Shown here piece by piece: positions 1 through 13,851 of a DNA stretch of 64,000 bases (position 1 is the first letter of the stretch; each line of letters begins with the position of its first letter). Origin of the DNA: Rhynchobatus australiae. Its lineage: Eukaryota. The stretch spans positions 61,666,101-61,730,100 of the forward strand of contig JAUZTB010000002.1 of assembly GCA_034780895.1 (NCBI GenBank), read 5' to 3'. The translations under genes and the position numbers were made by a program. A model generated the notes under the pieces. The model had not been told where the DNA came from. It searched no databases and worked only from the letters and a program-made list of their open reading frames with translations.

Positions 1-477
1 TCTTTAATGTTCATCATAGTTACTGTGCCAGAGACCCCTAATACCCGACAGCAACTGATATCAGAAAGCGGTAAGTTTTTACTACCAAGATAGTTAGATC
101 TTTGAGGGGAAGCCTCCTTGAGGTCCTTGGGATGTGACATAACTTTCCTGTTGATCACCAGTTCTGGACCATTGACTTTAGTGGAAACAGATTTGTAAGC
201 ATAGCTCAAAAATTAATTACTAAAATATCACATATTAAGCATAATGGAGCATGGACAAGTTTTTACCCCCATGTGTTAAAATGTGTGTAAGGTTGTTACA
301 AGCAAATTAAAAAGTTATAGAGATCTTCAAAAGGCTTGGGAATTAATAAAGACAAAATCACTAATTGGATCTTCACTTCCACAACTCACTTACTCCTTTA
401 TTCCAGAAAATAACCAAATCTAAGTGTTAGATCTACATAATTTCAAAGAAACTAATGATTTATCAGAAATATCTAGA

Positions 478-1240
478 CACAAAGAGTAATATAGCATAGA
501 AATAGGCCCTTCAGCCCAACTCATTTATGTCAACCAAGGTGCCCACCTAAGCTAATCCCGTTTGCCTGTGTTTGACCCGTATACCTCCAAACCTTTCCTA
601 TCCATATACCTATCCAAATGTCTCTTAAATGTTGTTATTGTACCTGCCTAAACTACTTTCTCTGGCAGCTTGTTCCATATACGCACCACCCTCTGTACGG
701 AGAAGCTGTCACTCAGGTCCCTTTAAAATTTTTCCTCTCTTACCTTAAACCTCTGCTCTTTAGTTTTTGGTTCCATTCCCTGGGAAAAAGACTGTGGGCA
801 TTCACCCTATCTATGACCATCATGATTTTATTCACCTCTGTAAGGTCACCCCTTAGTCTCCTATGCTCTAAGGAATAAAGTCCTAGCCTGCCCAACCTCT
901 CCCTGCAACGCAGGCCCTTGAGTCCTGGCAACATTCTCCTAAATTCTCTTTGTACTCTTTCCAGCTTAATGACATCCTTCTTATAACAAGGCGACCAAAA
1001 CTACACAATATTCCAGGATCTTGTACAACTGCAACCTCACCAGTACCTTGTACAACTGCAACATAACATCCTAACTCCTATACTCAATGCCCTGACTGAT
1101 GAAGGCCAGAATGCCAAACTCCTTCTTCACCATCCTGTCTATCTGTGAAGTTAGTTTGAGTGAACTATATCCCTGTACTCCTATGTCCCTCAGTTCCACA
1201 ACACTCCCAGGGTATTACCATTCACTGTATAAGTCCTACA
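478..1240 (-). mobile_element. CR1-type LINE, 3' fragment
   Basis: ORF 740-934 MLPGLKGL..ERLGRLGLYSLEHRRLRGDL is the typical CR1 ORF2 C-terminus. A CR1-like 3' UTR lies at ~480-620. Confidence 0.85.
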
Positions 1241-2460
1241 TATGACTTTATATGGCAGATCTGAATGCACAAGAAACACAGAAAGTCTCACATTTTGTTT
1301 CAAAGTGAGTTCAGCTTGATAAGTGAGAAGTGACATAATTCATATGACAACTCTTTAGTGGACTGGGAAGGCAATGTTGCTACAGTGGTTTGAGAAGGCA
1401 GTGTGTCACAACAAAACCAGTTCTCCCATTTCATCAGACACCATAATCTCAATTCAGTAGATGGATGGGGAAATAATCAGTTCATCAGGAATACCTTAAT
1501 NNNNNNNNNNNNNNNNNNNNNNNNNNNNNNNNNNNNNNNNNNNNNNNNNNNNNNNNNNNNNNNNNNNNNNNNNNNNNNNNNNNNNNNNNNNNNNNNNNNN
1601 NNNNNNNNNNNNNNNNNNNNNNNNNNNNNNNNNNNNNNNNNNNNNNNNNNNNNNNNNNNNNNNNNNNNNNNNNNNNNNNNNNNNNNNNNNNNNNNNNNNN
1701 NNNNNNNNNNNNNNNNNNNNNNNNNNNNNNNNNNNNNNNNNNNNNNNNNNNNNNNNNNNNNNNNNNNNNNNNNNNNNNNNNNNNNNNNNNNNNNNNNNNN
1801 NNNNNNNNNNNNNNNNNNNNNNNNNNNNNNNNNNNNNNNNNNNNNNNNNNNNNNNNNNNNNNNNNNNNNNNNNNNNNNNNNNNNNNNNNNNNNNNNNNNN
1901 NNNNNNNNNNNNNNNNNNNNNNNNNNNNNNNNNNNNNNNNNNNNNNNNNNNNNNNNNNNNNNNNNNNNNNNNNNNNNNNNNNNNNNNNNNNNNNNNNNNN
2001 NNNNNNNNNNNNNNNNNNNNNNNNNNNNNNNNNNNNNNNNNNNNNNNNNNNNNNNNNNNNNNNNNNNNNNNNNNNNNNNNNNNNNNNNNNNNNNNNNNNN
2101 NNNNNNNNNNNNNNNNNNNNNNNNNNNNNNNNNNNNNNNNNNNNNNNNNNNNNNNNNNNNNNNNNNNNNNNNNNNNNNNNNNNNNNNNNNNNNNNNNNNN
2201 NNNNNNNNNNNNNNNNNNNNNNNNNNNNNNNNNNNNNNNNNNNNNNNNNNNNNNNNNNNNNNNNNNNNNNNNNNNNNNNNNNNNNNNNNNNNNNNNNNNN
2301 NNNNNNNNNNNNNNNNNNNNNNNNNNNNNNNNNNNNNNNNNNNNNNNNNNNNNNNNNNNNNNNNNNNNNNNNNNNNNNNNNNNNNNNNNNNNNNNNNNNN
2401 NNNNNNNNNNNNNNNNNNNNNNNNNNNNNNNNNNNNNNNNNNNNNNNNNNNNNNNNNNNN

Positions 2461-3230
2461 TCCAAACTGCTGCGGTGCTGGGTTCCTCATGGGTGTGAGT
2501 ACAAAGCTCTCCATCAGACCAAACAGTGAGTAAGGAAATTAGTTAAATCACTCATGCAGGCAACCTTGCTAGATGCAGCCTCGCTGTGATGAATCTCTGG
2601 AGGAGCAATATTGCCTGTCACTGGTGACCCAACAGTAAAGCCTCCTGGTTTCCATACAATGCATCAAATATGGAAGGCTATGAATGATATACTTTTCCAT
2701 TGAGAGGATGCATTGTGGGATTTAGCTGGACATTCACAAATCCGGTAGTAGTGCAAGCACCCCAGACAGGGAACAGGACATGGCCAAGATGAAGAGTTCT
2801 CCTGCATTCATACCCAAGCTCATTTTGACAGGTTCCACATAATGCTCCCCCAACAACTGAGCTTTGCAGTTATTTTTCAAAGATCGTTAAGAAAGGCCAA
2901 GACTTAGTTGAGTGTCTCATCTACGTGGGTTGGACTTGGATTACTTTGTATTTTTTTGCCACAGAAGGTTTAGGTTGAGATGAACGTAGGGTTTGTGGTT
3001 TTTGAGGCGAAAGGCTGAAACAATCGATTTAGCTGGATAGGGCGACAGTCTCCACTTGCAGAAATACTCTGCAGTTATCGACAGATCCAACATCAATTTG
3101 TCCTTTATCACTTTTAACATTTTATCTTCTGTAGTTAACACCAGGGCATCAGCATATTCAAACTTCCTGAGAATTAGCAGGCAGACCACATAAATAAAAA
3201 AAGAGCTGGATAATGAATGTGGCACCAATC
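2461..3230 (-). mobile_element. Degraded Vingi/Ingi-like non-LTR retrotransposon (RT C-terminal part)
   Basis: ORF 2941-3228 FEYADALVL...EYFCKWRLSPYPAKSIVSAFRLKN has a decayed YADD plus WRL.P..K motif. Downstream remnants PVW and NIAPP are characteristic of Vingi/Ingi ORFs. Confidence 0.6.
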
Positions 3231-4544
3231 TTAAGAGTGAAGCCAGTCTTGAAATTCATGGAAGTGTCAAGGTATTTCTTCCACATGTGTGACCTATGAT
3301 GCAGGCATCAATGAAAATTGCAAAACTGGCATCATTCATGTGCTGCATGACATTGGACAGAACAATCATGTCCATTTATGTCCATGAGTTAGTGTGTCAG
3401 ATGTATCACAGAACAAAAAGGAAAATCAGACTTCACAATCCACATAACAATCTCTGATTTTCAACTGTTTTACTTCTAATAGAAATTTAATTGATGACAG
3501 TGTATCAAAGGCAAAGAACTGATGTAGTTGTTCCTCAAAATTTTGCTTCAACCCAAAAAAGTAGGAGAGACAATGGCAAAGTTTCACACAATTCCTCCTG
3601 ACTGTAGTGGTCTTTTTTAGAAAGCTGATGGCTGGAGTTGGTCCTTTTTTTTCCGTTACACTGTAAATTATGCCAAGTGTTGAGGAATTCCATTAAAAGT
3701 GACATTTATGGACTGGAGGGAAAATGAAAACTACATTTCTTGTCTTGGAGCTTTAATCTGTGCAGTGAGTCTTGAACTTATTTTCACTGGATAAAGATAG
3801 AAAGGACATTTTATAAATCATTATAACCCTAAGTAATTTAGATGCAAGCAGACTTTTTGATGTGGTTTGTCAGTACAAAAATTTTTTCCTCGTTCACAGA
3901 ATATCAGAAGAATGCATGCAAAGATCTGAACTCACCACATTGGATCATTATTACAGGCCTTTGCAGTACTGGTCTATGAACATGATTGCACTACCATATC
4001 CTTTTTGTGGATCATGGAATGTTTTACTGATAACTTTCATAAGATTAAACAGGTGAGATAGAAGGTAACTTTGCAAAAAAAATAACTAACAAGAGTGGCA
4101 GTAAAACTTTAAGTGCAGCTGTGAGACTGCCATACTTGCGACGTAGCAATTGATATTTCAAGATAAATATGTCAGATAAACAAAATGATAAAGAATTTGC
4201 ATAATTGATACTACTCTATCAATGTGAAAAGTATTTTAAGGAATTTGTTTTGAATGTTCCAGTATTTCTGAGAGTTGATCTTTTTTGCAGAGGCAGTGCA
4301 TGTAATGTTTTAGACAGAGATAGCAGAGTGCCAAATAATAATGATGCGTTGTTAACTCAGCAGGCACATGTTGAATTCGGTACTGTTACAATGAAAGTTT
4401 GAACTTGAATGGAGATGTATCGTAGAGTTTAAAAAACTAACTTCAGACCTAACCAGATCCGATTTTACTGGAACATCTATATGGAAGTAACAATAAAATG
4501 AAATGTTTTGTAATTGTATAATAACTTTAATAACCCTGGGGTAT

Positions 4545-4910
4545 CTCAAAGCACTTTATAGCCCATCAAGTACGTTTATTTTGAAGCACTGTCAATGTTT
4601 TATGGAAGAAATGAGGCAGTTAATTTGCATTCTGTACACTCTCATAAACTACCACATGACAGTGGGCTGATAATGTTTCTCTATTGATGCTGATTGACCA
4701 CAAGGCTGACCATCATGCTCTTTAACATTTCAACATGAAGTAGCTCATGTCCACTGGAGACAGCAGATGTTGAACGAATGTCTCATGCAAAGGATCCCTT
4801 TCGCTTTGCAATGTAGCATCAACCTAAATTTCTTTTGCATAAATCTCTGGAGTGGGACTCAAACCACAACCTTCTGCCAAAGAGGGAAGGGTGCTTCCAG
4901 TAGAGCCTTG
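4545..4910 (-). mobile_element. Old Deu-domain SINE (SacSINE1/AmnSINE-like)
   Basis: tctcaaagcactttatagcccatcaagtac...gcagttaatttgca is the reverse complement of the Deu-SINE 3' part. Similar to the copy at ~10.9 kb. Confidence 0.55.
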
Positions 4911-6699
4911 ACTGATGCTACAGTGAATTGGGAAGGCAGTGTATCACAACAAAGCCCATTCTCTCATTTCATGCTTAAGCTATAATCCTAAATCCTCAAA
5001 TCAATGTTGCACTGAATTAAAGACACTAGTATTTGAAAACAATACTTTTTGAAATTGACTGTAATTCCTTCAAAGGACTGGAAGGTGTGAGCATTTCATT
5101 ATAGATATTATTTGGTCCAGGTGTATTCCATGCAATCATGTCATACTGCCATCTAAAGTTAATACAAAGCAGCTTTGCCTGTCATAATATTTTATTAGAA
5201 AATGCTAAATTCAGATACTGCACTAAGCATATTGGCCCTAAAATTCCACATGGTAAGTTGCACCGGATTCGTGCCAATGGAGCTGGAGAGGTGCCATCGA
5301 TGCTCGACAGAGCGGAATCTGGCAGAATTGTGTGCATTACATATTTATTGGAGGGTATCCAGAGCATCTCATGTAAAGCAGCCATAACATGCAATGTAGG
5401 TGCTTGGAAATTTGAGTTCAGACACTAAAACCTTCATCTGGCTGAAAATTTGTGGCAACAGACTGAGAGGGCAGCAAGCAAAGATGTGAAACATTTGGAT
5501 TACTCAAGGCACTACCGGATGGCTACACTGGGTAAGTGTGAGTAAGTCCCAATACCTTCTGTTGTATGATCAACATATATATAGGCTGTCAAAGAAGGGA
5601 CAATCAAAGACACCATTTCAAACCCTCACCTACCCAACCTCCTCCCTCTCCTCACATCCCATTTCAAGGAGACTAATAGCAGAAACAAACTGTTACACTG
5701 CTAATGGAGGAAGTTGCAAATATATGACTGGAGGTGGCACTGGAACTGCATATCAGTAATGTAAGAATATTAAATAATCTGATCAGGCAAAATAAGGTAA
5801 GGGCACAACAATACCTTTCACCCTTTGAAACTAAAAATTGCACAATAACCCCTCAAAAGGCAAATTATTAAAGCAGAGGGACAAACTAAACATATCAGAA
5901 TATAACTGCAAAACCTTAAAACCCAATTCCTCCACTTGAAGAGAGTGATACCACCAGGTATCTTCCATCTGCTGTCCAATGACAGCTGGGAGTCTTGGGA
6001 AATTCATCAACCCACTTTTGCTGGATGGCCTTATTTCACCCCGGCCACACTGTAATGGATTCACACCTTTGCAGCTGGTCAGAAGCTAATCTAAGGCTGT
6101 AAATGCCAAAACTAAACACACTTCTCTGAAAAGTAATTTCTGACTACAACAATCATGGTTTAAAATCCTCATGTCTTCAGAATCAAAGATTCTTCACTTT
6201 GGCCTGTTATAGCTCATTCTGACAACAGCTGTTCTTTGTAAGTCTCACTTTATAACTTACTGTATTCTGAGAATAAAAGTTTGAAATGGGACACATTTAA
6301 ATATTTAAATTGTGACCTGGTAGTTCAGAGGAAGGGTATTTGTAAATTCAGGAGGAATGTTGTAGAGGACAAGGAGTAGATGAATAAAATTTGCTACAGT
6401 CAGGAAATCATCTGAGATGATTTCTATTCAAATTTCTGGACTAAAGAAAATTCCTTGATTTNNNNNNNNNNNNNNNNNNNNNNNNNNNNNNNNNNNNNNN
6501 NNNNNNNNNNNNNNNNNNNNNNNNNNNNNNNNNNNNNNNNNNNNNNNNNNNNNNNNNNNNNTGATTTTAGGTCTGAAAAAAGCTCAAATGGCAAAAAATT
6601 TTGGTGCTACATTTCACATAAGCCACTTTTGTCTGCAAAGAATTAAAGACTTACAGTGCTGAAGCAGTCTTTGATGCAATTGCCAATATATTTACTTTG

Positions 6700-7900
6700 G
6701 AAACAGTGGGAGCTAAATTAGTTTGCCCTCAAAAATCGGCGCCCAGATTGTGATGCACGATTAATCCATGATTATTAACTGAGATGCAGGCAGCATGCCA
6801 ACTTCTAACTGGCATGTTTGCTGTGCAGAGCCAATGAACAATGTGGTTACTGCTGGCTGCACAGTCATTCTAATGAGCAAGTAGTCCAGAATTGCAACTT
6901 CTTCAAGCCAGCCTGCACTTCATCAAGTTTATCTGCACCCCTGAAAGAGGAGCTGCATTGTGGTGTAGCAGGTGCTGGCAGTTGCACAGAAAGCAAATCT
7001 GACCTGCAAAAATAGTGAAAAATGGTACAATGTGGGAAAGAGCAGTTTCCAAGACTTTTTGGAGCTGCACCAAAGGCCTTGGTGGAAAAGGTGGTGAGCA
7101 GGAGATCTCCCCACAAGGGGATATAAGGCCTTCTAGATATACTCCCAGAAGGCAATGCGAGCAGACAGATCTGCAGGTCAATGTCAGGAGTCTAGACCTG
7201 AAGACTTAGATGAAGTATCACAAAAAATTTAATGTGGTCAGAGTTAATGAATAAATCATCAAATGTTATATTCTACCAACGGCACCATCAGGCATTGCTC
7301 AAATCAACTGTTATTCATCATCTAAGAAGCTTGAGCAATTATTCACATACTCCAAATTGCACTTACACACATTGCAAGGCTCACAACTGCATCTTATGTA
7401 CACTTACTTATTCAACCACAAAAGTCACATTATCCAAACAGATTNNNNNNNNNNNNNNNNNNNNNNNNNNNNNNNNNNNNNNNNNNNNNNNACTGAACAA
7501 CCAGAGGTAATGGGAGGTAACCAGTCAGGAAAGGAATATCTGCATGTTTAGATATGGTGCTGGCCATTACTGGAACGGAAATTGTTGAGCCCTTGGCCTG
7601 CAGCAAAACTTAAAGCAACTGAAGGTGATTGTATCCTCTTACTTCATCCTCCTCCTAAAAGCCCACTTCTTCCGAATCCCACAACCCCTTTGACTTAGTT
7701 TGTAGATAATGCAAACGTGCACTTTTAGCTCCATTCCATCATTCCTATCTCATCTTTGTGCTTTTTTTCCTTTCAGATACTCAAAATGTGAACCTTAGCC
7801 AGGCTGTGAAGGATAGAGAAGACACAGATACTTTGTCATTTGATTTCAGACTTGCAGTCATAACTCAGGGCAGGAAACATGGATGTTGCTCCCTGAAAGG
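6700..7900 (+). mobile_element. PIF/Harbinger transposon remnant (Myb/SANT-like DNA-binding protein pseudo-exons)
   Basis: 7030-7235 gives, across a frameshift, AAPKALVEKVVSRR / SPQGDIRPSRYTPRRQCEQTDLQVNVRSLDLKT*MKYHKKFN, resembling the trihelix/Myb-SANT pattern ...W..IA..VN......RTW.QCRKKFND. A second remnant MVLAITG is near 7555. Boundaries uncertain. Confidence 0.55.
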
Positions 7901-8705
7901 GTTTTGCTGCAGAGACTTTGAGGGAGCAGAGGTCAGAAAGCAGCAGGTGTACACACTTGATGGAATACATGGTACTTCATGAAGTGTGCCAGTAAGTCTG
8001 TATTCAGTGTTAAATAGATACTGGGAGCATCTTCATACAGTGCTTTTTGCAGGGCTTGGAGCTATTTCCTTGCCCAGCAAGGAAATGATGAGCAACTCCA
8101 TTAGCACACTTGTAGACCTAATTATGATGCATGGTTGATATGCCTGTTTCTTTTATAGCACATGCAATCTTCAAGAAGCCTGACAGTTCCAGCAGAAGTC
8201 TATGAAAGTTAGCTTGCTGCTATGTAACCTCAGTCTTCATTTGTTGAAGCATGCTCACTGTCACTCGTTGAGCAGACGTTGCTCAAACAACTGTCTGCTT
8301 AACAATGGAAAATAGCATTCAATGGGGCATGTTGTAATGTGCATTACAGCACACTGCTAATCTGCCCCCAACAAATCAGTAGGATGAGAAGGGTACTGCC
8401 TTATGGGAGTGCCAAGTCTTCGGAGAGTACAAATCTGCTGTCCCTTCTCAGGAGACCAACACTGGTGTTCACATTCCTACTTCTCAACTACTATTGCTGT
8501 TGTTACATATCAGCTAGCCTATCCAGATTGTTGCCAGCTATAGCAAGNNNNNNNNNNNNNNNNNNNNNNNNNNNNNNNNNNNNNNNNNNNNNNNNNNNNN
8601 NNAATGGCATAGTAAAATTCTCTGCTGAAGATTGGCAGGCTTCCATCTGCCTAGCTACAATTAATTGGATCACACTGCGTAAGAGACAAAAAGTCAAAAA
8701 AAAGT

Positions 8706-10668
8706 TGAGTTTATTGTCACATGCACAAGTACATTAATGCAAAGGTGCAATGAAAAACTTACTTGCAGCAGCATCACAGGCACATAGCATTAGAGACACA
8801 ACATTCACAAGAACAACATTAATTAAACATAAATTATAGAAATTATACAAGAAAGAACACAATTAGAACAAAAGAAAACAAAGTTCATTGTAGTGCAAAG
8901 TGGTCATTGTGCTGTTCTCCTGAGGAAGTGATTAGGGTTGTGCAGATTGATTCAAGAGCCTAATAATTGAAGAGAAGTAGCTGATCTTTAACCTGGTGGT
9001 GTGGGACTTCAGGCTTCTGTACTTCCTGCCTGATGGTAGCTGTGAGAAGATGGCATGGCCCAGATGGTGGGGATCTTTGATAAACGTTGCCTTCTTCAGG
9101 CAGTGCCTCATGTCGATACTCTTGATGGTGGGAAGGGATGTGCCCATGATGTGTTGGGCTAACTTCGTTACTCTCTGTAGCTTCTTACGTTCCTGTGTGT
9201 TTGAATTGCCACACCATACCATGATGCAACCAGCCAGGATACTTTCAACAGTACATCTCTAGAAGTTTGTTGGAGTGTTCGGTGACATGTCAAAGTTCCT
9301 CAACTTTCTAAGAAAGTGGAGATGCTGGTGCATCTTTCTTGTGATTACAACTATGTACTGAGCCCAGGACACATCATTTGATATGCTAATGCCCAAGAAT
9401 TTAAGGCTGCTGACCCTCTCCACAGCCAATCCACCAATGTAGATTGGTGCATGTTCATTCTCTTTCCCCTTTCTGAAGTCAACAATCAGCTCTTTTGCTG
9501 ATGCTGAGAGAGAAGTTGTTGTTGGCGTACCACTAAATCAAGTGTCCCATCTCGCTCCCATATGCTGATTCATTACCACTCGTGATTCGTCCAACAACAG
9601 TGGTGTTGTTGGTGAATTTGTATATGGCATTGGAGCTGTGCTTAGTCACACAGTCATGTGTGTATAAAGAGTAGAGTAGGGGGCTAAGCACACAGCCTTG
9701 AGGTGTGCCTAGGTTGATGGTCAACGAGGAGGAGATGGTACCAATCCTCACGTTCTGAGGTCTACCAATGCAGAAGTTGAGGATCCAGTTGCATAGGGAG
9801 GTGGAGAGGCCCAGGTCTTGAAGATTGTTGATAAGTTTGGATGGGATGATTGTGTTGAATGCCAAGCTGTAGTCAATGAACAGTAGCCTAATGAATCGAT
9901 TTCTGTTGTCCAGATGGTCCAGAGCAGAGTGAAGAGCCAGAGAAATCGCATCTGCTGTTGACCTATTGTGGCGGTAGGCAAATTGATGCAAATTCAGGAC
10001 ATCTCTGAGGCAAGAGTTGATTTGTGCCACAACCAGCCTCTCGAAGGACTTCATTGCGGCTGATGTAAGTGCTACCAGATGGTAGTCATTGAGGCAGGTC
10101 ACCATGCTCTTCTTGGGCACTGCACAATAGACGTCTATATTTGAAGCAGGTGGGAACCAAAAGCCACAGAAGCGGGAGGTTGAATATATCCGTAAATATT
10201 CGAGCCAGTTGGTCCTCACAGATCATTAGTACTCGGCCAGGTACGCCACCTGGACCAGACGTTTATCGTGGATTCAGTCTCTTGAAGGATGCCCAGGCAT
10301 CGGCCTCAGACACTGAGACTACAGGGTCAACTGGGGATATGGGGGTTTGTGTGGGTTTGTTATAGTTCTCCCTATCAAATCGTGTTTAAAAGGCATTTAG
10401 CTCATCCAGGAGTGTTGGGTCATTGCCACTTAAGCTACCCACTCTCACCTTGTTGGAAGTAATACTGTGTAAGGCCTGCCACAGCTGTCGAGCATCCATC
10501 TGTGATTCCAGTTTAGTCTGAAATTGCCTCCTTGTGTCTGCAATGATCTTCCGGAGGTCGTACCTGGAGCTCTAAAATGACTCTGGGTCACCGGCTGTAA
10601 ATGCCACAGACCTAGCCCTCAGGAGATTGTGAACCTCCTGGTTCATTCAAGGCTTCTGGTTGGGGAAG
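8706..10668 (-). mobile_element. Rex1/Babar LINE, 5'-truncated, frameshifted RT
   Basis: ORF 9533-10219 ([20 protein letters not shown]...[19 protein letters not shown]...[20 protein letters not shown]) and ORF 8932-9222 (DPHH....LPSGRKYRS). FPNQKP motif at the 5' break. 3' tail reads tgtgacaataaa on the minus strand. Confidence 0.9.
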
Positions 10669-10789
10669 CATTAGTTCAATCAGAGGCACAAGGATGGCAT
10701 GCAATCAAGTGAATGTACAAGGGTGATCATTTTACATTTTTATGCAAAATGGCATGATTTCAATTAGAAATTTGGATTGGAATGTCCAT

Positions 10790-11085
10790 TCTGAGGTAGA
10801 TGGCATTTTTTCATAACACCATTAACCATGCTGGACCAAGTTTCTGTCTGGTCTCACAGGTGGATGTAAAAGATCCTATGGCACTATTTTGAGGAGGAGC
10901 AATCTCTGATGGACTGGTTAATATTGCTCCCTCAATTATAAAACAGATTATCTAGTTATTATGACATTGTTGTTTGTGGAAGGTTGTTACGTGCAACCTA
11001 TTTGCCGTGTTTCCTACAGTACATCCATCACCAACAAAATACTTCAGTGACTTTAAGTTGCTCTCAGATGATCTAAATAGGATGC
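10790..11085 (+). mobile_element. Deu-domain SINE (SacSINE1/AmnSINE-like)
   Basis: ggatgtaaaagatcctatggcactatttt...aaaacagattatctagttattatgacattgttgtttgtgg...gccgtgtttcctaca matches the recalled Deu-SINE core. Confidence 0.7.
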
Positions 11086-13851
11086 CTTAACCCAGTCAGA
11101 AGGATAGAAGAAAGTGTAGGCCTGTTAGCTGTAAATTCAGGTTACATCATTATAAATTCTGGTGGTATCTCATTACAAGTAGATTTTTTTATAGTTAGGC
11201 CAGGTTGATGGGGCTTATTTCTGCTACTGCATCCTTTCCCCTCCTCCTCTCCAATTTTCTAGTAGTTTATCATATATTCTTCTAGTCATGCTCCATTTCA
11301 AGGAAAAGGCCTTGTGCACTCATGTATGGAAGCAACTGTTTTATGCAGAAGCTTTGAAATCAGCAAATTCCTTCAACAAGTGCTGCATAGCTCTCTGTGG
11401 ATGTGTGTAACTTAAAACAACTGTAGAAAGCACCAAACCCTTGTAGAATTGTACCACAGCAAAAGAAATCAACCAGCAACTAAACCAATAGAAGTTAATG
11501 ATCCTTTTAGATAGCACTGGTGGGGTGTGTGTTATGCTTGATGTGTGTTCAGTTGTTCAAGGTTAAGAGAAGACACCAGCTGGAGCAATGAGCTCCAAAA
11601 TATCAGCACGCATGCTGTGATCTACTCGATCTTCATACTTTCAGAGGACATTGGCTATTTGCATGCTATGCATGGAGACAGATTGATATGCAGTAGAACT
11701 GATTATCATGTTGATCCCAAAAGGACATTCTCAGCCCCCCAACCAATGGCTGTGACTGAATCAATTTTTGCACCCAATAAATNNNNNNNNNNNNNNNNNN
11801 NNNNNNNNNNNNNNNNNNNNNNNNNNNNNNNNNNNNNNNNNNNNNNNNNNNNNNNNNNNNNNNNNNNNNNNNNNNNNNNNNNTTTTTGCACCCAATAAAT
11901 CTTGGCAATGAGCAATGTCTATTACCTTACTCTGTCTGCCTCTCACATTTAGCAACGTTGTTCATTTGACTGCTACATTAAGTCTGCCCACAGGATCAGT
12001 CATAAAGAATAAAACAATAAAGAACAGAATGCTGCTCAATTCATAAAGTATAAACTGGCCAAAATAGATTCAAATCTCAAACACCTTGTTTAATATAATC
12101 ACTGAAATATGCTTGCTCTGGGAAGTACTCAAGGTATTAAACAGATCAGGAATAACACCAAACAGAAATCAAAATTGTCTGTTGCAATATTTTATATTGA
12201 CTTCCTTCTGAAACACATACTTATTCCCTCCACAGAACATAGCCACAATTCATCTTCTTACATCCATCAATATGAAATAGGATACCGATAATGCATACTG
12301 GTTTAAGGCAGTTGAGTTGAAAACTGGTTAATAAATCATCACCCTTCCCATTGCCCTTCTTACAATTTTTGATTTGGCAATCACAGAATACTGTTAGAAC
12401 CGCACAGAACACTAAACCAGACAAACAGCAGGCCTCAACTAGAACAAACTCAGTGACCAATGACGGACTTCATCACAATGAATACTGTTCTCCTTTCACT
12501 TACACAGAGAGACTGTACAAATCTTTATTAAAAACATCTGCAGGATTGCTTATGATTTTTGGGTTATCTGCTGTCAACAACTTTGATGCATGAGCTGTTT
12601 TAAATTTGAGAACTTGTGACAGAAAATTCACCAAAATATCTGAACTCACTTCGACACAAACTACACGCCTTTGAAAATAATTTACTGATAACTTACATTT
12701 GTGGTAAGTAGGTATTCCCCTACAAATATATTCATTGGTAGAAAAAGGGGGTAGAATGCTGTTCTCAGCAGTATTCACAAATTTATGCTTGGTATTGCAC
12801 CTTATTCATCTTGCCCACAGTAATTGTGCCTTGGGCATGTGCAGCAGTGGGGCTTTTTACCTGAATATTGACGCTTACCTGAAGAAAATGAGAGAGAGGT
12901 AAACCTGATTATGGAAGCAATTAGTCACATGAAAAGAAATGCTCAGGTCCTGTCAATCTAAACCAGTGAATTTAAATTACCCCATATGTATAAAATACTT
13001 GTAAATTTGGAAGGCATTTGATTCTTTATTTGAGGATTTTAAAGAATTTCGTAAATACATATGAAATTAGTGGTATACTAGCTCAATGAATTGGCAGGCA
13101 AGAGTAATAATTGCAATCATAAACCAAATGGTGAGGGCTTTGACTATGATTAATGCATGGTAAATCAATAATTAAACCAATAAATTAATAAACGATAAAT
13201 TCTTGTCCCAGATCACCTAATGCTCATGCAAAAATAACATGAAAGAGGATCCAACTCCAATTTTAAATATTTGCTGGCAACCTTGAGATTTATGGTCAGG
13301 TTGGACAATGGTATTCTAAAACATGAAGCTAAATTAAGTCAGTATCTTCACAAACAAATAATAGAATTGTTTAGAATCAGGGGATGAAACTTTCAGCTGT
13401 GTTAGTGGGTGACATATATGCATGATCAATAGATTCCATTCGACTTATCATTATCTTCACATTAAAGAAGGGAATTTGCATTTGGCACTGTCAATTATTT
13501 CAAGCTGTTCCCATATTCTTTTTGATGCAATTTTTAAAATTAAAATTATTATAATTTGGTTCAATAAATTGGCCATGAAATTGAAGGAATGCAGGAAATA
13601 TGCTTGATACAAGTTTTGTGGTTGCAACGTGCACTTGAAGACATTGGTTTGAAGTTCATGGGGAAATGGACCTGTCTCATCTGCATAAAACTGGTGATCT
13701 GTGGTGCCAGTTGTGCCTCCTGTTCATACAGTCAATGGAAAATGTCTCCAGTTTGACACTGAGTTGGCATATAAAAAACACGTCTTGAGAGAAGGGATGT
13801 ATGGGGAGAATCTGCTCCTCCTGAATATACAGAAGGGAAAGTATAAAAATG

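Noticed and set aside
1020-1066. Short duplication cttgtacaactgcaac
   Set aside because: Local slippage within a dead CR1 copy, with no further significance.
11765-11900. Direct repeat tttttgcacccaataaat on both sides of a 100-N gap
   Set aside because: Typical unmerged contig overlap, not a TSD or CRISPR repeat.
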